A DNA stretch of 64,000 nucleotides, from positions 1,474,559 through 1,538,558 of the forward strand of contig JBNZDD010013730.1 of assembly GCA_050575255.1 (NCBI GenBank), written 5' to 3'. The notes under the pieces were generated by a model, which saw only the letters and a program-made list of their open reading frames with translations, was not told the origin of the DNA and made no database searches. Made by a program: the position numbers and the translations under genes. Below are positions 59,208 to 64,000 of the stretch, piece by piece (the first letter of the stretch is position 1; every line of letters begins with the position of its first letter). This stretch comes from Harriotta raleighana (taxonomy: Eukaryota).

Positions 59208-60454
59208 CCCACTTTTTAAGATGTTCTTTATACAATACTGTACTTTGTGAGGTCAGTACCAATTTCGAGGTCGTAAAGCTTTGCCTTTTCAAACAAAAAA
59301 AACAATATTTCTTCACATTTCTTTTGGGTTGAAGAATTTTACATGAGCTCCATTTCCTGGAACAGTGTTACACTCTGACATTTAGATTTAACTTTTAAAG
59401 AGCTGCGTTATGTTTACCAACCTGTAGGGTAGGGAAGAATTTCAGCACAGATTATTTTCTGCCAGGTAGAACCTGTTTGATGGTGTGTGTGTGTGAGAGG
59501 ACACAGATCCAGTATCACACACAGTACGCTGTTGTCTTCACTATAGATACCAAGCACCTTTGTTCTGTTACTGTTAATACGTGCAAACAACAGTGAGACC
59601 ACGATTCATTTCTCTAATTGAGTCCTTTAATCTGCTCCACTCCTTCAGGTGTGGAACAGATTGATTTACAAACAGGTTCTGTTCCTCTGAATTCTTTCCC
59701 CCACTTCCTCCCTCCCGTTTCAATCTTCGGATTTGATACGAATGCAGATTTGCTCCAACTTTTGAATAACTCTCGTCTCTTGAGAAGTCGAATGTTTTAT
59801 CGTCTCACAGGTAGCGAGTTAATGTCATGGATTCCTTTCATTGGTGGGGAGATCCCAGCCATCATCCAGATGAGGTTTGAAAGCCTTGCCACCAGTTCGG
59901 GGGCAGGTGATGCACAAAACTTTCTAGAGATTCTTCTTAGATTTTGCTGTGATTACAGGTAACTCTGTCGAGATCAGGTTCCTACTCCAGCTCAGCTCCT
60001 CTTCTATGATATTTACTCCAGAGCGTCTCTCAGCTTGTGTCATAGATGATTTAGGCTCAAGACTTTCATCCAAGTGGAGGAGTTATTTCTTCCTTGTACT
60101 GGAACGTAGGATTGTGGATGCTGTTTGTTTGGGCATTGCTTTTGTCTTTTATTTCCTAGTTCGGTTTGAACTCCACCCTCCTGTGCTAAGCTGCCAGACA
60201 GGTTTACAGGTTTGTTAAGAATGGGGGGGGGGGTTCAGATAAATTCCTGGTTTTTGTACAGATCATGCTGAATCTCATTCCAATCTCTTCTGAGACAATG
60301 CCCTGGAGTGCACGGATTAACTAGATTGTGCAGTTTTATACAAACACTAAACCTTCAGCGTAGAAGACGCTTGACGTACTTTGGTTGGTATTTAGAAATA
60401 AAGGAAATATTTGAGAATTAGTTACGAGACTCCTCACCTATCGAGATAAAGAGA

Positions 60455-60700
60455 AAATTAAACCGAGATCCGTCTGCCTGTTCAGGTGGACGTTGAAGAT
60501 CCTGTGGCACTATTCAAAAAGAGAAGGAAGCTTTATGGCTGTTTGTCGGGCACTATTGTGGGCAAATTAGCTGCTGTGTCATCTACAAAATACGCAGTTA
60601 CAACACCTTACAGTAAAACCATGTAAAGCATTATGAAACGTCTTCACACAGACAAAAGGGGCCGCATTATTGGGCGCATTATTGTATCAAAGGCAAGGAT
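60455..60700 (+). mobile_element. Old Deu-domain SINE
   Basis: taaaccgagatccgtctgcctgttcaggtggacgttgaagatcctgtggcactattc matches the Deu core as recalled. Confidence 0.7.
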
Positions 60701-61152
60701 TTTAGTTTATGTTGGTGAATTAGCCACAGGTCGGAGCACTCCTGCCACACTTCTTGGTTGAGTCAATGCCTCCATTTAATTTAACTTCATTGATGTAAAT
60801 AAGCCACAGCTAGATTCTTCGAATGATAATAATCAAATTCCTTTAATGCAGGACTAATTTAGTTATGATAACAATATTGGTTTGCTGCCCAGTAATGTAC
60901 ACTGCCATTTACTACACAAAAGGTTTCAGGAAACACAAGAACAAAGTTTAATAGCTTATCCTCAAAACATTAGTCATTGCTTTGAAAGGTAACAGTGTGA
61001 CGTTGCTCAGAAGAAAAAGGAAGGACAAACTGACATAGAGAACAAAGTATTTGTCAGAAATTATGATAATTGTTTGCTTTGTTAAGTAAATGGGAAAGGG
61101 CAAACTCATGATGTGTTGACTTCTTACATATATAACATATTCCAAGCAACTT

Positions 61153-61319
61153 TTACGCAACGAGTGAGGTTAGCTTTGCAACAGAAGAGGATCGCATTTC
61201 CTCCTGCTGCTGAATTTGATCCCGAAGACGTTTAATTTCAAGTCGCTGCATTTCAATGATACGTTCTGCCTCTTCCTCAAAATTAAGACGCATTAATCCA
61301 CCAGACCTCGAACAATCAT
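61153..61319 (-). CDS. CFAP57: CFAP57 last coding exon
   Basis: [41 protein letters not shown]...VA*. Confidence 0.88.
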
Positions 61320-62903
61320 CTGTCAATGGAAACAGGGGTGAGATCACATGAGATTACACAGCTCTTTTATCTAGTATACAGGTTTTTTAAGACATTCCCC
61401 TCTATATATCCCTCCGACTGTGAGATTAGTTTGAACATCCTCAATTTAGTTAGTTGTGGGTTTGCAGAATTACATAGAATTAATTATCATGGCCCAACTG
61501 GACAATACCTGAGATTTTTTTTAAAAATAAACAAACAAAAAAAAATGTAAATAAAAATAAATTAATTAATCAATTCAGTTTCAATAATGCGCCCAAGAGT
61601 AAGTACTTCTACTACCTGTAAAGTCATAGAGAAAAATCAACTGCATTATTTAAATCCACTCTGTGTTCCGTGGTTCGCTGTTGCTCAGATTGATGCCAGT
61701 TAGTTACCTTTGAATTGGAGAGGGCACGGTTTCTTCTTGTTTTTCTTGACTCCAAGAGTTACTTCTAAATCATGCACTTGGATTCGAGCAGCCTTCAGAT
61801 CATGCCTCAGGTCATTAATTTCCTTAATTAGTATAACATTTTCCTGAACAAACAAAAACACAGGCAAGGTTTTGAATCATCAGAGCTGATGAAGCACGAA
61901 TGAAACGATCACAACGGAGAGTGATTATTATCATGACAATCCAGACTGTCACAACAGTGTGATAGTGAAGCACCATTATTCACGTGAGATGCCATCATCT
62001 GCTTGTTCTTGTCATTTAGGTAAAGCTCGTAGAGCTCCTGTGGCTTAGTGGTTAGAGCACTCGCCTTACAAGCATGAGACCTGTGTTCGAATCCAGGCAG
62101 ATCAGGGTGAAACCTTGGGCAAGTTTCTTTACTCCACATGCCTAATAATAATCCCTCCAAAACAACCACAATAATAAAATTGGTCATTTCAATCCACGAC
62201 TGTTTGTGGGACACTGCTGTGCGCAATTGGCTGCTGCATTCCTCCTACAAATATACAGTCAATTCACTTTACAGTATATTCTGTGAAGCGCTTTGGGACG
62301 TTGATAAAATGTGAAAAGCACTATATCAAATGCAAGGATTATTATTATTATTATTATTAAAGACAGGACAGCAATTCTCAAGTGTCATAATCGACGTTAT
62401 TCCTTCATCCAGATTTATTGCTCTGCCTCAAAACAAAACAACAACAACTTTACACTTGTATGACGCCTTTCACGTCAGGAGAACTGGCTGACAGGGAGGG
62501 TGGAGGGAGAAGGGTGGGATTTGGGGTGACTGATGGGACCGTCGAAGAGGACGGTCTTGAGGTGGGACTTGAAGGAGGCCAGGGCGGGGGCGAGGTCGGG
62601 GCCAGAGTGGCTGAAGGCTCACCAGCTGATGATGGGTCGGGGGACGTGGAGCAGGCCGGAGCCCGCTCAGCGGGAAACAAATTGGTCATTCATCTCACTC
62701 CTGGTCAGTAGGACATTTTCGTTGCAGGTTACATGCTACTGTACTTCTCTTGTCTGTACCTGCATGATGCGGACATTATCCGTGCGGTGTATCTCTGTGT
62801 CCTTCACTAGTTTTTTCTGCAGGGTTGCGATGCTCCGCTCCAAGTGGTCCCTTTGCCGCCCAAACTCTCGTTGAATGTCTGCATCAACGACTGCAATTTC
62901 AAA
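61153..62903 (-). CDS. CFAP57: Cilia- and flagella-associated protein 57 (WDR65), last three coding exons
   Basis: Exons 62903-62760, 61843-61708 and 61319-61153 join in frame: [16 protein letters not shown]...RIMQ|[13 protein letters not shown]...|[17 protein letters not shown]; coiled-coil C-terminus; adjacent to TMEM125. Confidence 0.92.
61708..61843 (-). CDS. CFAP57: CFAP57 penultimate coding exon
   Basis: Hand translation [45 protein letters not shown]; cag/gtaact. Confidence 0.88.
62032..62360 (+). mobile_element. tRNA-derived SINE, full length; best local reference copy of a family with dozens of copies or fragments here
   Basis: A-box tggcttagtgg, B-box gttcgaatcc, core gctgtgcgcaattggctgc, tail aaatgcaagg(att)n. 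Confidence 0.92.
62435..62675 (-). mobile_element. L2-clade LINE 3' fragment
   Basis: Reverse complement resembles 29540-30160; similar pieces at 7660-7830, 19460-19640, 23385-23700, 38030-38320 and 51020-51330. Confidence 0.72.
62760..62903 (-). CDS. CFAP57: CFAP57 third-last coding exon
   Basis: [48 protein letters not shown]; 144 nt. Confidence 0.9.
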
Positions 62904-64000
62904 CTGGGGGGGGGAAGAGAAAACGATCAAGAGCTAAGAGAATGATTTATCCTGTAACTGAAGCAACCACTGTTAAATTATAAGCTCCATAAATTCAAAC
63001 CCGATTTCCCCAGTAAATATTAGAAATAAAATGGAGGGGGTTAAGATTAGCAATGGTGATTAAAAAAAAACTGTATCGACGTAGTAATAACTGGATTCAG
63101 TAGATACTTCCCCAGAATTGAAATATTTTCTGGTTTTATCATCAATCAAATATCCGGAAGACGTATGTAAGGTGACGGTCCCAATGTTTACACTGGCATA
63201 ATGCTCGGGTGGGATAATATGGTTAATTTACCCAGAAAAAAATTACTAATACTGTATAATAGAGGTGTGTAAACATGATGCTGTTAATCAAAATAGAAAC
63301 ATTCAAAAAAGAATATTAATGAATCCTCAGTAAACAATTTGTTTTCACATGAAAGAATTGTCACCTAGCACAGGGGAGAGAGGTCTGGGATTCCAGGTGA
63401 ATGGGCTACAGATGACATTGCTGAATACGGTTCTGAGGGAAGTGTATATTCTTTACAGTAGATACATCACTAGTAAGTAGGTCAGCACTGCAATAGAGCT
63501 TAGTCCTGTGGATGTTACTACTGTAATAAGATCGTGGTGTTCCTAGTGATCACCTCTCCTCGAGGTATCAGGCTGTAGGTGACTGTCACTTGTGACTTGT
63601 TGCCTGCTCCCTTGCATCTCTGAAGTTGCCGCCAAGTGCTTGAAGAGCTGAGAGCAAACAGGTCGGCCTTGGGAGGAGCTGACCTTCGATCTCATTGTCT
63701 AGGGGAAATGATGGGGGTGGACCTCAGCTCAGGAACCGACAGAAATCCCTGCTTTGCCGTTGGATAGGAATGTGGAGGAATTTGACATTTCAACTACCTC
63801 CATACCTGGTGCAAATGCCAAGCCAATTCCAAAGCCACGCGGAGTGGAAGCATTTGTCGAGCTAAGTTCCCTCTACGCTGTGTTTTTTGCTGAATTTCAG
63901 AAGAGCTCCCTCTCCTGCCATTTCAGTGCCACATTTTGCCCAAACTCGGAATTGGGCTGAGATTGTCTCAACACATGTTTACACAGGTTTCTTCCAGCCA

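Noticed and set aside
62032-62110. tRNA-like sequences (also near 7893, 39336, 50249, 52210 and others)
   Set aside because: They are SINE heads continuing into the same core and tail, with no complete cloverleaf or oligo-T terminator
63754-63960. Possible further CFAP57 exon or separate gene at the right edge
   Set aside because: No CFAP57-like translation recognised on the minus strand; treated as intron
1-64000. CRISPR arrays, operons or other prokaryotic systems
   Set aside because: Spliced vertebrate genes with SINEs and LINEs; no regularly spaced repeat-spacer array seen

Overview
Vertebrate genomic DNA. The repeat families and draft-assembly style suggest a cartilaginous fish, possibly a chimaera such as Callorhinchus (inference). 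Six protein-coding loci were reconstructed by hand from splice sites and reading frame. In order: TIE1 coding exons 1-9 (minus; gene continues left of the window); a 4-exon LRR type I membrane protein with a C1orf210/LRRC19-type tail (plus); a complete 12-exon AP-1 mu subunit of 423 aa, probably ap1m3/mu1C (plus), whose intron 2 looks U12-type; two diverged tandem TMEM125 copies (minus); and the last three coding exons of CFAP57 (minus). Order and orientation match the human CFAP57-TMEM125-C1orf210-TIE1 block as I recall it, with an extra AP-1 mu gene and a second TMEM125. Introns and intergenic DNA are rich in tRNA-derived SINEs, Deu-domain SINEs, L2 and CR1 fragments and microsatellites. Many tandem duplications joined by a single n look like haplotype-overlap assembly artefacts. 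Main leads: the LRR ectodomain retained on the C1orf210 orthologue, the third AP-1 mu gene, the minor-spliceosome intron, collinear E-box clusters upstream of both TMEM125 copies, a cysteine pair in TIE1 Ig2, and a hammerhead-like core in a Penelope-type repeat. No searches were run; comparisons to human proteins are from memory.
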